In this document: piece by piece, positions 1 to 12,469 of the stretch
Layout of the letters: each line of letters starts with the position of its first letter
Numbering within the stretch: the stretch's first letter is position 1
Origin: Paramecium tetraurelia
Taxonomy: Eukaryota
Length of the DNA: 64,000 nucleotides
Direction: 5' to 3'
Assembly: GCA_000165425.1 (NCBI GenBank)
Contig: CT868152.1
Span: forward strand, 372,001 to 436,000
Translations under genes and position numbers: made by a program
Notes under the pieces: model-generated
What the model was told of the DNA's origin: nothing
The model's input: the letters and a program-made list of their open reading frames with translations, nothing else
Database searches by the model: none

Positions 1-282
1 AAAATAAAGAGATTTTTCCATAGATATATAATTTGCAAGAATTATTAAATCTAGTATACCATATTATTGTAGGAGAAAAAATAGTCTAAATTTAGATTAG
101 AACTTATGTCAAAATAGAAATGACAAAACTTACTTAAAAACTTAAGGTAATGTTCAAATTAGATATTTGAAGAAATTTAAGACTACATACTTAGTTTAAA
201 TTAAACTTTATCTAAGTTAGAGTGGAGACAACCTAATATATACCGAAAAATATCATATTCCCTTTGAATATATGATATAATA

Positions 283-1284
283 TCATATTGTTAAGTATAG
301 ACATCTACCTATTTTGACTTTATCTTTTATGACATCTTCCAACTCTTTTTTGATATATTATTTAATGGTTTATGGTTCATCTTCATTTAGGATATATTCT
401 TGGTGTTCAAACACATTATCTGAATAATAATTTTAGAGCTTGCCCTAAACAATAAAATTTTGCTACTAAGGAGTCTTTGATCCAAAATCTCTTTAGACTT
501 CTTTTCTTATTAAATCGATTACATCTGAAGCTACCTCATTCTCATATAAGAATTTAGGTTTCAAACCCAAATAAGTGACTGCTAAATTATTGGCTCCTTC
601 TCTTAAAATTTATGACTTGACATCATTTAATCCTTATTCTGTGATTAACTCAACAACACTGCCTCCCAAACCACAGATTGTACTTTTTAAGCAATTATGT
701 TGATATACTCCGAAAATACCTTGAAATATTGGCAAATTATAATACTATTGTTTGTTGCAACAAATGCATTTAAGTTACCAATAACAATATTTTCTTACAA
801 TTTTCCCACTAATTATTTACGTTTATCATCTATGTTAGTCTCAAAGTAAGCTTAGTTTTAGCTTTGCCTTAGAACTGATTCAATATTTGAACTATTGAAA
901 TCTTTTTCTTAATTAACAACTGTTTTAATAAAATTTGTCGAAAATTCTAAAAATTCATTAGTTCTGGCTACAAAGTCTGTTTCACAATTTATCTATATTC
1001 AAATAAATTTCATGGATACTTCAGCAAGGGCAGCTACTTTATTATTGGTATAAGCGACAATAACTCCTTGTTTAGTTTGATTGCCCGATTTCTTCTCAGC
1101 TTAAGCCAATCCTCTTTCTTTGAGATATTGAATGGCCTTCTCAAAATTACCATCTGTTGATTCCAAGGCTTTTTTGCAATCATTAATAGGAGATCCTAAC
1201 TTATATTTATTCAAAAATACCAGATGCTTCTCTCAATTGCTTAATGAGTGTGATGGATATATTTGTGTATATTTTTCTGAACAT
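283..1284 (-). CDS. TSFM: Mitochondrial translation elongation factor Ts
   Basis: Ciliate-code translation gives [50 protein letters not shown] and the EF-Ts signature NCETDFVAR. One ~25-nt intron at ~1196-1220. TGA at 283-285. Confidence 0.93.
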
Positions 1285-1846
1285 AAAAAATAAAATAAAT
1301 TTTGATCTCAAATATATTATAATTGTAATCTAATTCTTCTTATTTATTCATTATCAAAATAGAAATAGAATCTGATAGTTTGATTAAAATAAAAATAGAA
1401 TAAGGAAACATCTTATGAATTAATGTATTGGAAGAATTTAGAAACTGTTAAGAGTATCCTTTTCTTCAATTTTAATTTTATCACAATGATTCTAAAAAAT
1501 TTGAGGATATAGCATAGTTAATTATGCAAACATGGCTTGGTAAATGAAGTACTGATGAAAATTTATTATTGATTGGCTTTTGGATAGGAATATTGATTTA
1601 AAAACACTTATAGATTATAATTTCTGAATTAACAAATTCTCCATTTTTATAATATTAAATGAATAAGTTTAGAAGTTATTTGGTTATAGAAATATAAATT
1701 ACTACTATTATTTGTCTTCTTTTTATAAAGGAAGGATATAAATATTATTCTATCATCATTAAAGAACATGTTACAAATTTGAAATTTTTTTGTATTATCT
1801 TTATCCATTAAAATTTTTGATTTGAAGTTTTTTAATAAATTAATTA

Positions 1847-2855
1847 ATGGGAAATAAAGTGCCTAAGGCTTCAATAATGATTGGAGGTGCTGCAATTACA
1901 GCAGTAGCACTGTAGTATTTGTGAATATTTTAGAATTCTTAATTAGAGAAGATAAAGAAAAAATAGTAACAAAGGGCAGAATCAATTAGAACAGACTTAA
2001 ACAGAATAGTTTAACGAAGAGTAGGTTCCATAAGAGCAGACTTCTTAAAATGTTTAATAAGTAATTAATTCAACAGAAAACTAAAATCCTGAAGACTCAA
2101 ATAGCATCGATAGTATTTCATTCATAAACAGAGTGAATAAAGAATTGAAAGCATTTCAAGAATAATAAGTGCCTCTATCTTTTGATGTCTTAATGAAAAT
2201 TACTGAGGCAGGGTTCAAATTAGTGGCTAGAAATTACAGTTAAATGTAAAATAAGAATAGAAATGGTAATAATTTGCTAATTTTAGAGAGAAGATAATTA
2301 TTGAATATTCCTTAATAATACACTTTGAAGGTTTTAGAATTTAATAATGAGCTAGAAATACTCATTAATTAAAATCAATTGGATATTTGCAAAAAGCTTA
2401 GAATATCTTCTGAAATATATGAAAATAGCTTTGTTCTATAATTTTAAACATAAGCTGCATTAGAAAGGTTTATAGTGTTTTAATTTTCTATGAGATAATA
2501 ATTAATGTAATTATTTGTGATTACTCGATTAGAGCATCAATCCCAAGCTAAAAAGAAATCAACGAATCCTAATTAGCCTAAGTAGCAGATATTCAATTGA
2601 AAAAGCTTGATGACATTCAATTTTTCAAAAATTATCTTTAATAATTACAAGTAATAAAATTGTATATCGAAGGGTGAGGACCAACAATTTAGCTCAATTA
2701 TCATCACTGTTTTGTTATCGGATATTGTATATTAGTAACTCGGCTTTGAGGAGGAGGATATTTTGAAAGCAGTTCTTGCATATCCGGTTTTAAAGAATCA
2801 ACTGAGTTTGATTCAATAAAAGGTTCAGGCTGTAATGGAAATGTGCTTCCAATGA
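1847..2855 (+). CDS. Hypothetical protein with N-terminal hydrophobic anchor
   Basis: Begins MGNKVPKASIMIGGAAITAVAL, has several ~22-26 nt GTA..AG introns and ends VQAVMEMCFQ-TGA. No recognised domain. Confidence 0.7.
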
Positions 2856-3083
2856 TTTAATAATAAAGTATAATAAATTTAAATCCCTATCATTTTACTT
2901 AAATTTGATTCTTAACATACAACATTATTGATGCTATCATAATAATTGAAAGATTTTTCCTATTATTTAGTTTATCTGATTTTAAATGAATTAGAGTAGT
3001 TCCTACTCGTTAGGAATATCTGTTATTCAAAATATATTTTATGATAAATTAAATTATATATATAATTTATTATAAACCTTAAG

Positions 3084-4023
3084 ATGGATTTCACAGGACA
3101 ATTCAGACTCGACGAAGACTCGATGGCTATAAATATCTTCCAAACACCTATTAAAGGGTTAATATAAGGTATTTTTAAACTTTTCATCTCCATTCCCTAT
3201 AATATATTACCTGTTTATGGCGGAATATTTTCGCGCTTATACTACAATTTTGTGACAAAAAAATATATTTTTAGATTCAGAGGCTAATTGCAATTCATAA
3301 GCAAACACAAATCAGAAATTATTTGTTTAGACTGAACCTTTCGATAAACCAAAGATTTAATCAGATCTATTCAAAACTTAGAAAAAGTGGAGTCTAAAAT
3401 ATATCAGCAATCGAGTAATGAAGGAATTATCTCATGAAGCTATTGCTTATAGTGATATTTGCTAATAATTGACTGATGAAATGATTTAAGAATTAGATGG
3501 AAAATAAAATGATAGACAGAAAGAAATCAAAAATCTTAGAAGAAGAGTTTATGATGCTTTGAATGTCATGATTTCTATTGGAATAGTAGTCAAAGAGAAT
3601 AAAATGATGAAAAAGAATTCTGAAGCCTAAGTGAATCTAACAAAGTAGAATTTAATAATACGAAAAGTAAGAATTAAATTTAATTTTAACAGCAAAAATT
3701 AAAAGAATAATTATAAATAAAAAAAGCATCAGCAACAACATAAATTTAACAGCAAGACACTCTTAAAAAATTAGTAGAATTGAACAAAATGAGGGATGTA
3801 GATGAAAGTGAGAAGATCAGATTTCCATTCATTCTTGTCAAAACCTAATTAAATAATGTTGATGAAGTAATTAATTTCCATATCATTAAAATAGGATGAA
3901 TTAGTCTTAGAGTAAAACAAATAGATGGACTATTTGAAAGTATTTAGTAAAAATCAACTTGATCTCCAGCTAGATCTAACTGTAGTACAAAAACTATTTT
4001 AAAGCGAACACATGATTTTGTGA
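3084..4023 (+). CDS. E2F/DP-family transcription factor (DP-like)
   Basis: Winged-helix motif KNLRRRVYDALNVMISIGIVVKE, then a coiled coil and IRFPFILV. Introns at 3169-3274 (106 nt), ~3667-3692 and ~3867-3894. Confidence 0.92.
3169..3274 (+). other. Unusually long (106 nt) first intron of the DP-like gene
   Basis: GTA...TTAG boundaries. Removing it joins exon 1 in frame to the RRRVYDALNV domain; reading through hits TGA at 3333-3335. The short alternative 3252-3274 (23 nt) gives the wrong frame. Confidence 0.7.
3228..3236 (+). promoter_or_regulatory. Candidate E2F/DP binding site TTTTCGCGC inside the long intron
   Basis: Exact match to the TTTSSCGC consensus in CpG-poor DNA. A second imperfect inverted site (TGGCGGAA, 3218-3225) lies next to it. 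Confidence 0.5.
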
Positions 4024-4686
4024 AATATCTAATTTTGTTTTTATAAATCTATATCTAACACTTTATTTCATCAAATTTAATAAGAAATTTTAATAGGAAT
4101 TATAATGGAATAATTCCACTTACACAAAAAATGATTTGGTATATTGATCGAGTTATTAACTTCTGTTTATTAATTTCAATATTGTTTAATTCTTAATTTA
4201 ATCTTTTGGATTGTAATTTCAGAATAATGAAATAGGTTACTATGTTATGAATATAAAGAAATGTACTTTCATTTTTTCGTAAATGTAAAGACAAAAATAT
4301 ATATTTAGATTTTTCTTAACTTTTTGTTAATTTGGTTTTCCAGAATCTTTCAATGAATCGAAAGTCTATAACAATGCTATTTAAATAATAATGTATTAAG
4401 ATTGCATATTCGTTGTTCTAAGAAGGAATAAAATTAATATATTTTGATTATATTTTTTCTATATTTAATTAATAATTAAGAAGAAATGGATTTTATATTT
4501 AAAAAATTTTTGAAAAGTTAATAGTTAAATTATATATATAAAATGTCACAAATTTTGTTTTTTGGACCGGTCTCCTCCCAATATTTTGCTATTACACACA
4601 ACTGCAATTGAACACCAAAAACACTATAAAAGGTGTTAAATTCAACATTTTTTTCAATTATTTTTAAATTGATATACTTAAATTGT

Positions 4687-5494
4687 ATGACTTCCATATA
4701 ATAAAATTCTCAAGTAGAGGGACCTTAGGAATAAATGAAGAATAATACTCCAACATCACCAATAGACTCCGATTCCTCCGATTCTTCGTATGATTTCGTG
4801 AAGGATGTGAATTAAAAGTCCTATCTGAAAAGAACTATTGAAGAAGATTAGGAACTTCTCTCAAAATATAAAGGTAAAACTCATATATAAAATGAAATAG
4901 GCAAGCACGGGCTAAAGTATTAAAAAATATCAAATGAGTAACGATAACAACTAATCAAATAGGTAACAACTACAGGCTGTATGATAAAACATGCTGCCCG
5001 AGATTTGAATATTAATTTCTCGACTGCTAAGGCTATCATGCAAATTTTTAGAAGGGAAGGTAGAATGTCCAAAAAAAGGAAAAGGTGTACTGCTTAGTCA
5101 GAATTTAAAAACCCCGAGATATTAATTTAAGATGTTAAGGAAGGTCTAAAAAGTCAATTTGGATTGATGAAAGAGGAATAATGCTAGTAGAGACTAAATA
5201 ATGTGCAGGACAATTTGGATACAATTCATTTTCAATAAATGGAGGAGAAAAATAGAAATTAAGCTATTTTTATATAATAATTAAAAACATAGGTTAGAAA
5301 CTTAAATAAATTTTAGAATTTCTATTTATAAGGGAGAGCAAATTAATTATAACAGGAGATATAATAATTGAATTAAAATTATTCTTATTTGCAAATTCAG
5401 TATAATCAATAGCAATAAATGGTATAAAAAGTCCACTAATTTATATTAGGTCAGATATGCAATGCCCCAATATTAACAGTAGTTTCAATTTTGA
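4687..5494 (+). CDS. Helix-turn-helix (homeodomain-like) putative transcription factor
   Basis: YQKISNEQRQQLIKQVTTTGCMIKHAARDLNINFSTAKAIMQIFRREGRMSKKRKR is an HTH plus basic NLS, followed by a Q-rich tail. The 3' end depends on a predicted intron at ~5422-5449. Confidence 0.75.
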
Positions 5495-5666
5495 TTATAT
5501 TCAATATTGCAATAAGACAGTTATTTAATTTGGCATTAAAGATAATAATTATATCTGGTCCTTTTTTTTTTTGAAATTTTACACTTTAATATTCCAATAA
5601 TTATAATGATACTAATTAATAAAATAATTTCTGTAATGTTTCTGTTTATTAAATTAATAAAAAAAA

Positions 5667-7550
5667 ATGGATTTTGAAGAGGAGCACGCTGGAGGAGACG
5701 ACGTTGAAGAAATCTAAGATGGGGAAGATATATTCGGAGAAGATGCCGACATTTCAGTACATGATTCAGGAAGCAAGAAAGATGCAGTCATATTCTTGGT
5801 AGATTGCAAAAAGGCATTATTTGACATGGATCAGGATGGACAAGGCACAGTCTTTTCTAAGATATTATCTGCCTTTTCTAGCTTTATGAAGGCTAAAATC
5901 ATATCAAGTCCAGATGATCGTATTGGCATGATATTTTATAATACAGTAATTGATATCTATAAAATTAGAAATCTACTAATAATCAATTAAAATTCAATAA
6001 CATTACAGAAATCTATAAATTAGATGGACCATCAGCAGATATTATCAAAAATTGTTTAAAAATAGAGCAAAATTTTGAGAAGGATTATCAATTAGGCAAT
6101 AATGCACATTTTCATGAATGTTTATGGCTCTGCAATCATGAATTCAAAGAATTGTAAACATATTATCAATATTTATTAGAGATAAGAACAAATTCAATAT
6201 GCGTATATTTTTATTCACTCCAGATGATTTACCATATTTTAAAGATGTGAATGCCAGATCATCAGCTTTGAAATATGCCAAGTAATTGAAGGATGCAGAT
6301 GTTTAGATTGAATTGTTTCCATTGCCCAGTTAAAATGAATTCAAAATTGCTAGATTTTATGGTGAGATTATAACTGTTGATTTGGATGAAGTTAACAATG
6401 CTGTACTTGATACTTCAACTAAAATTATGGATTTGCATTAAAGAATTAAATAAAAGGAATTTAAGAAAAGAGCCTTGAATAGACTTATTATGGATATAGA
6501 TGATATTAAAATTGGATTAAAAATATATTGTTTAGTAAATAAGGCTAAAAAACCTTATGGCAAACCCTTAGATAGGAGATACAACTAATAACTGAAAAAG
6601 AAAGCATAATTCATTGATGAAGAAACAGGACAAGCACTCTTCCCTCAATAAATATCTACTCATTTGATTTTGGGAAATGAGAAAATAGCTATCCCAAAGG
6701 AATATATGGCTAAAATAAAAGGATTTGAAAAACCTGGGATGACTCTAATAGGTTTCAAATCTTCAAGTGCATTGAAGGATTATCATAATTACAGAGCCTC
6801 CTATTTTTTATATCCAGATGATGAACATGTTAATGGATCTTCTTAATTTTTTGATGCATTGATTCAATAAATGATATTGAAAGAGAGAATAGGAATTGTT
6901 AGATTAGTCCCTAAGTAAGGATCTTAGGTTAGATTTTGTGCTCTGCTTCCTTAAGCTGAATAATATGATGAAAATCATTTTTAGACACCTCCAGGATTGC
7001 ATTTGATATTTTTACCATATGCTGATGATATTAGAGGATTATCTTCAGTCAAATAGGAAGGAGCCGAGATCTCAAGATAGACATTAAATGCAGCTAAGAT
7101 TTTGGTAAATGCATTAACAATTCAAGATTTTGATTGTTCGAACTTCGAAGATCCTTCAATATAGAAGTAATAATAGATTATCTATATAGATTTTACACAT
7201 ATTTGTAAGGTTTAGCATTGTAGGAGCAGAACATTGAAGAACCTGAGGATTTACTTTAACCAGACTTCAAAGGAATGGAAAAATATAGAGATATTGTTAA
7301 TTTGTTTATGAGTAATGTAAGTCTGGAATGTTCTAACATGCCATCAAGATCTAAAGGATAAGGAGGTGGGAGAGGCCGAGGTAGAGGTAGAGGCAGGGGC
7401 AAGTAGGAAGAGAGTGATAGTGATGATTGCCATAAAGTAAAGGGGAGAGGCAGGGGATCCACTTCAAAACAAAAGGTCGAAGAGGAAGAAGATAGTTTGG
7501 AAGGAGAGGAAATCTATTAACCAATAAAAAAGAGAGGAAGAGGACGTTGA
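5667..7550 (+). CDS. KU70: Ku70, DNA end-binding subunit (NHEJ / programmed genome rearrangement)
   Basis: vWA start KDAVIFLVDC...KIISSPDDRIGMIFYNT. Core motifs include GMTLIGFKSS, FLYPDDEHVNGSSQFFDAL, PPGLHLIFLPYADDIR and FEDPSIQKFYTYLQGLAL. Three short introns. Confidence 0.96.
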
Positions 7551-7754
7551 TTATTAACTCATATAGATTATTTTTAATACCAAAATTTAATATTGTATGG
7601 AGTTTGCATTAAAAAATTTTATGAATCTGTTGACAATTTATTTGATACATTATTGATACCTATCTTGTTTATTAAAGATTTGGATTTAATATTTCAAATC
7701 GAATTTTCAAAAATAAAATAATTAGCAATTACTTTTTACTATAAATTTGTACGA

Positions 7755-8915
7755 ATGGGCAATTGTAATGTGTTGGATAAAAAAGAAGAATTTTAAGAAG
7801 CAAGTATTTTTAATGTCTTTAATTAGTGTAATCAATAAGAAATTATGAAATCTTAGATATACTTGGTAAAGGAGGATTTGGAAAAGTCATAAGAGTAAGG
7901 CGAAAAAAGAATAATCAACTTTATGCTATGAAAATAATGTCAAAAGCAAAGTAATTTCCGTCATGATTTAGAATCGTTGAGAAAAAATGCGTATCATCAG
8001 TATTAAATGAAAAGAATTTGTTAAAGTAATTGCATCATCCTTTTATTGTGAATATGCATTCCGCATTTTAAGATAGGGAAAATTTATATTTAGTCCTTGA
8101 TCTCCTTAGTGGAGGCGATTTGAGATATCATCTATTTAAAAATAAAAGGTTTTCAGAAGAAGAAGCATGTAAAATTTATAGTTATTCTTTTAGAGTTTTT
8201 TGCTGCTTGTATAATTGTAAGTCTAGAATATCTCCATCAAAATGGGATTCTTCATAGGGATCTCAAGCCTGAAAACTTGGTTTTTGATGAACAGGGATAT
8301 CTTCGGTTAACAGATATGGGAATTGCAAGAGTTTGGAGACCAGATAATGCTTCAGATACAAGTGGAACTCCAGGGTATATGGCACCAGAAGTGATGTGCA
8401 AATTAAAACATGGTATTGCGGTTGATTTTTTCGCTTTGGGTGTTATTCTTTATGAATGTATGCTTGGAAAAAGGCCTTATGTTGGGAAAACTAGACAAGA
8501 GATTAGGGATTAAATCCTATCCAAACAAATACAAATCAAAAGATCATAATTACCTGTTGCTTGGTCAATCGAGGCTGGAGATTTTATAAATTAAGTAAAT
8601 TTTTAATTGCTCATATTAGCTCATCTAAAGAAAACCTGAAAATAGACTAGGAACAGACAATCCTTCAGATGTTAAGAACCATCCATGGTTTAGTGCTTTT
8701 GATTGGGAAATGTTGCTTAAGAAAAAGTATAATCCACCCTATTACCCAAAAAAGTTCAAAGGGTATGAAGGATCACTAGAGGATACAATGGAGGATGAAA
8801 ATGACAAGAAATTCATATTACTCAGAAATAACACTCTATGTGGTATTATAGTTCATATACTTAAGAATAATTCAACGAGTATCGTTATAATCCTGAAGAT
8901 TGTATCAAGAAGTGA
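7755..8915 (+). CDS. AGC-group Ser/Thr protein kinase, N-myristoylation candidate
   Basis: MGNCNV start; LGKGGFGKV, YAMKIMSK, HRDLKPEN, TDMG, GTPGYMAPE and RLG...HPWF motifs. About 5 tiny introns. Confidence 0.93.
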
Positions 8916-8967
8916 TATCTTAAACGATTCTCTCTTTAACTAAATTATATTAAATAAATTAATAAGG

Positions 8968-9258
8968 ATGTCTTCTGCTTATATTACTATTCTTTCCTCA
9001 AATGGAATTGAATTTATAGTTGCTAAAGAAATAGCTGGTTTAAGCGAGATTTTTAGAAAGTAGATATCGAATGCAGATATGAGAGGAGAATCTCAGATTC
9101 TTTCAGACTTCACAGCAGACATCCTTGAAATAATCCTCTAATACCTACACTACAAAAATAGATGGCAATTAGAATCCCCAATAAATTTGCCAAAATTTTA
9201 AATTGCCAAAGAAAAAGCCTTATCGGTTTTATAAGCTGCAATTGCATTATAAATATGA
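8968..9258 (+). CDS. Elongin C / Skp1-POZ family small protein
   Basis: Intronless 96-aa ORF: MSSAYITILSSNGIEFIVAKEIAGLSEIFR...ADILEIILQYLHYK...LPKFQIAKEKALSVLQAAIALQI. Follows the Elongin C pattern. Confidence 0.8.
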
Positions 9259-9301
9259 AATAATTATATAATCTTATATATTAATTATGAATTGATACAT
9301 T

Positions 9302-10425
9302 TCAATCGATTTCAAAAAAAGAATTGTCAAAGTCAATACTCTGATTTTCATTTTCAAATTGATTGTTTGTATTTTCTAAATTGATTAGTTTTTCCTTCAA
9401 TTTGATTCCCTTTTATTTTTTTGCTTTTAATTCTTACTTCATTTATTAGTCTAACTATTTTTCTAATAATTCCTTGTTTGTGTTATTAGTCTTTTTTAAA
9501 CTAAATTATGTATTTTCACATTCTTTGAGCAACTATTGATTTTAAACTATTAATTTCTTATATTTCTCTATCTAAATTTAATTTTTCTTCTAGACCATAA
9601 TTATTTATTTCTTAAGCCTTTCTTCATTTTTAACAAACTCGTCATTTTAGTTTACCAAACTAAAATATTTTGATTTTCTACTGGAAAGTAGATTCGAAAT
9701 TTAATGAACTAAATTATTTTGATTTTTTTTCAATTCTTTTCTTTCAGCTTTATTAAGATAAATAAGATTATTTTCTGCATATTCAATTTATTCCATAATT
9801 GGTAGTCCAAGTATTTCTTAAGTAAGAGTAGATATACTGATCTTTTGTTATTATAAATGTATTAGTTTCTCATTTAATTAATTTTCTGTATCATCTTTCT
9901 CGATTTTAAATATCTCTTATTGAAGTTCATAAATAGTAAAATTCAAATTATTAATTCTTCTTTCCTGTGACTTTTCAAAATTTTCTTATTCATTATTAGT
10001 TGTTTAACATATTTACTTTTTTTTCTCTATTTATTATCTATTCACAAATTTTCTATTCTCAGAATAGGTATTTGCATCAGGATAGTTGCATAAATTTTGA
10101 AAATTGTTTGCTGTCTCCCTATCATTTTATTCAAGTTTTTAAATGAAATCATCTTTTTATTTTAATTGATCATCATTATCCTTAGCAATAATTAGAATGT
10201 TATCTGCACTCTAATGTTAATTTGAAAGGATTACCTTAATAATATCGAAATCCAATTAGTTTGAAATTGTAGTTTTATTTTTTTCCTCATCAATAAAATG
10301 TAAAGTGAAGCTATTTTTATATGCAAATTTGAAAGACTGTTGAATTTACTTTCTTAAATCTTTATATTTTGTAATATTTTCCAAGAGTTTTTTCGTATTC
10401 TTTATATTTGACTAAAAATATTCAT
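9302..10425 (-). CDS. Hypothetical coiled-coil (Q/K/E-rich) protein
   Basis: Long ciliate-code ORF from ATG 10425 (MNIFSQIQRIRKN) to TGA 9302, with heptad-like composition. Confidence 0.65.
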
Positions 10426-10482
10426 TATCTTTTAATGTTATTACAATATTTCACTTATATATATATAAAACTTTATTTCAAT

Positions 10483-11686
10483 TCATAAATTTTGATATCT
10501 GCTTTTTGGAATTGGATATGTAAAGAATTAAATTAGGTTTTTCTTCATCAAATTAAATTGAATTTGATCTTCACCAAATTGAAACTACTTTTTCTCTCTT
10601 CTAAAATCTTCTTCTGAGTGAATCTACTTGGTTGTTTTAAACTAGATAAGTGTTAAAAATTACTTTTGAAGCATTACTACAATTAATTGATGTCATGGGA
10701 AGCAACATACAGGATATCATTAACATAAATATGGAAATAAATAGAGTAAAGTATGGGTTCTCATAATAATGATACTTCTAGTATGTTTCTCTATTTTGAA
10801 AAATGGAAAAAGTGTAAACCAGAGGCCCAAATATCATTACTATTAATGCAAAGATATTTAATATAGTATGATGCTGCCAAAAGCCACATATGCAATAAAA
10901 TAAATAAAAGATAAGGACAGATGTTCCAAGAGTATCAAACATCTCAAACCATAGTGCTGCTGCTAAAGAAAAAGAATTTATAACTTTTTTGTTTTAAAAT
11001 GATAAATACAAAGTATAATCCCAACTAAGAATGCCAAAAGAGGAGCAGTAAAAGCAGCTATCAAGAAGTATACAAAATATCTCCAATTTCTAATGCCAAT
11101 GCATGTGCCAACCCAATAACAATGATGATCGAATCCATCGACACAATGATTACATTCTCGACCTTTTTATTTATTTATTATATTTACAATGAGATGCTTT
11201 AGGTGGTCTCTTAATGTTACATGTTGAGCAATGTCTCTCTCTATAAATTTTAGGTATATCATCTTGTTATGTATTATTTTCAATTTAAATTGCCTCCTCA
11301 TTACTTTCTGTTAAACTGCTTTCAGGCTGTTAATTATCACTAATTTGTCTCTTTAATAGCACTCCTGGCTCTATAAACTTAATTATAATCAGAAACCTGT
11401 AATTGCTGTCATTATCAAAGTAGTGATAGGTGTGAAACCATATACAACACAAATTGTATTTAAAATAATATAGCCATTTTAAATAGCAAGGGGAAATACA
11501 AATGCTATGTAGAGCAACATAGCAAAAATAATCAATAGAATTGTTGCAATCAAATTTAATGTATTTTTCTTAAGTTAACTTGAGTTTTACCTTGACACCA
11601 AAAAAAATTCCATAAACTCTGTTAAATGCATGAAATGACTCCTGCATATTTGTAAACTATTCGTCTGATAGTTTAAGATTATCCAT
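10483..11686 (-). CDS. DHHC zinc-finger palmitoyltransferase
   Basis: [16 protein letters not shown]...[27 protein letters not shown], with several TM segments and short introns. Confidence 0.93.
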
Positions 11687-12469
11687 ATTTCTCAATAGAT
11701 AATTTATTTTATAGTATTTTAATTAATTTTTGAGGAACGGAACATTTGGCTAATTTATTAAAAAGCAGTATTTGATCCTCTAATCTTTTTAGTATATAAC
11801 TTTGGAGTGAAAAAAAATATTCCTAGATTTCATGTAATAATCATAATCCTAATTAGGCATTCATCTGATGATAACAGCCAAATTGTATTTTCTCAGTCTT
11901 TATCCATCATAAATCAAATTTGATATATATCGGGATAATCCACATCAATATTAATATATACAACAATTGATTGGAATTTAGAGGATGTATATCTCAGTAA
12001 TAATAAAGACACAAAATAAAAATTATGTCTATCTGAGGTAATCTTGTATATTTATTCATAGCACCTTCAAAGAAATAAGTCTTTGTATTTACAAATTTTT
12101 AGTATTAACATCTTTGATTTATAATTGATTACTAATAAAATTTCTGGATATTAATATATTTTATTTTCAAATATGCAAAATCCGATATATTTATCTCATT
12201 CTTATATGAAATTAGAGGATTTTTTGTTCATTTACAGACTTTTGATTTGAAGAAAGATCTTCACTAATTAAATTAAACTTAGATCTTTACTAATTCAGTC
12301 AGAATTATCACATCCATTATTGATCTAGACTATTGAAGATCATCATATAAGACATTTATATAAGATTAATATATATAAGTATATTTACATACATCTATCC
12401 TCAATTTGAAGTATTAGAATATAAAAAAATTTAATAATATAAATAAATTTTAGTAAACCATTTAATAGA

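Noticed and set aside
1..280. Possible 3' end of a plus-strand gene
   Set aside because: No frame has a recognisable motif, and open frames are expected by chance when only TGA is a stop.
1400..1820. Long frame with one in-frame TGA (possible selenocysteine or readthrough)
   Set aside because: No clear start, no redox motif and no SECIS-like hairpin seen. More likely a decayed gene or chance.
4874..4900. 27-nt GTA...TAG segment as a stop-less 3n intron
   Set aside because: It reads through in frame, so intron and coding sequence cannot be told apart without RNA data.
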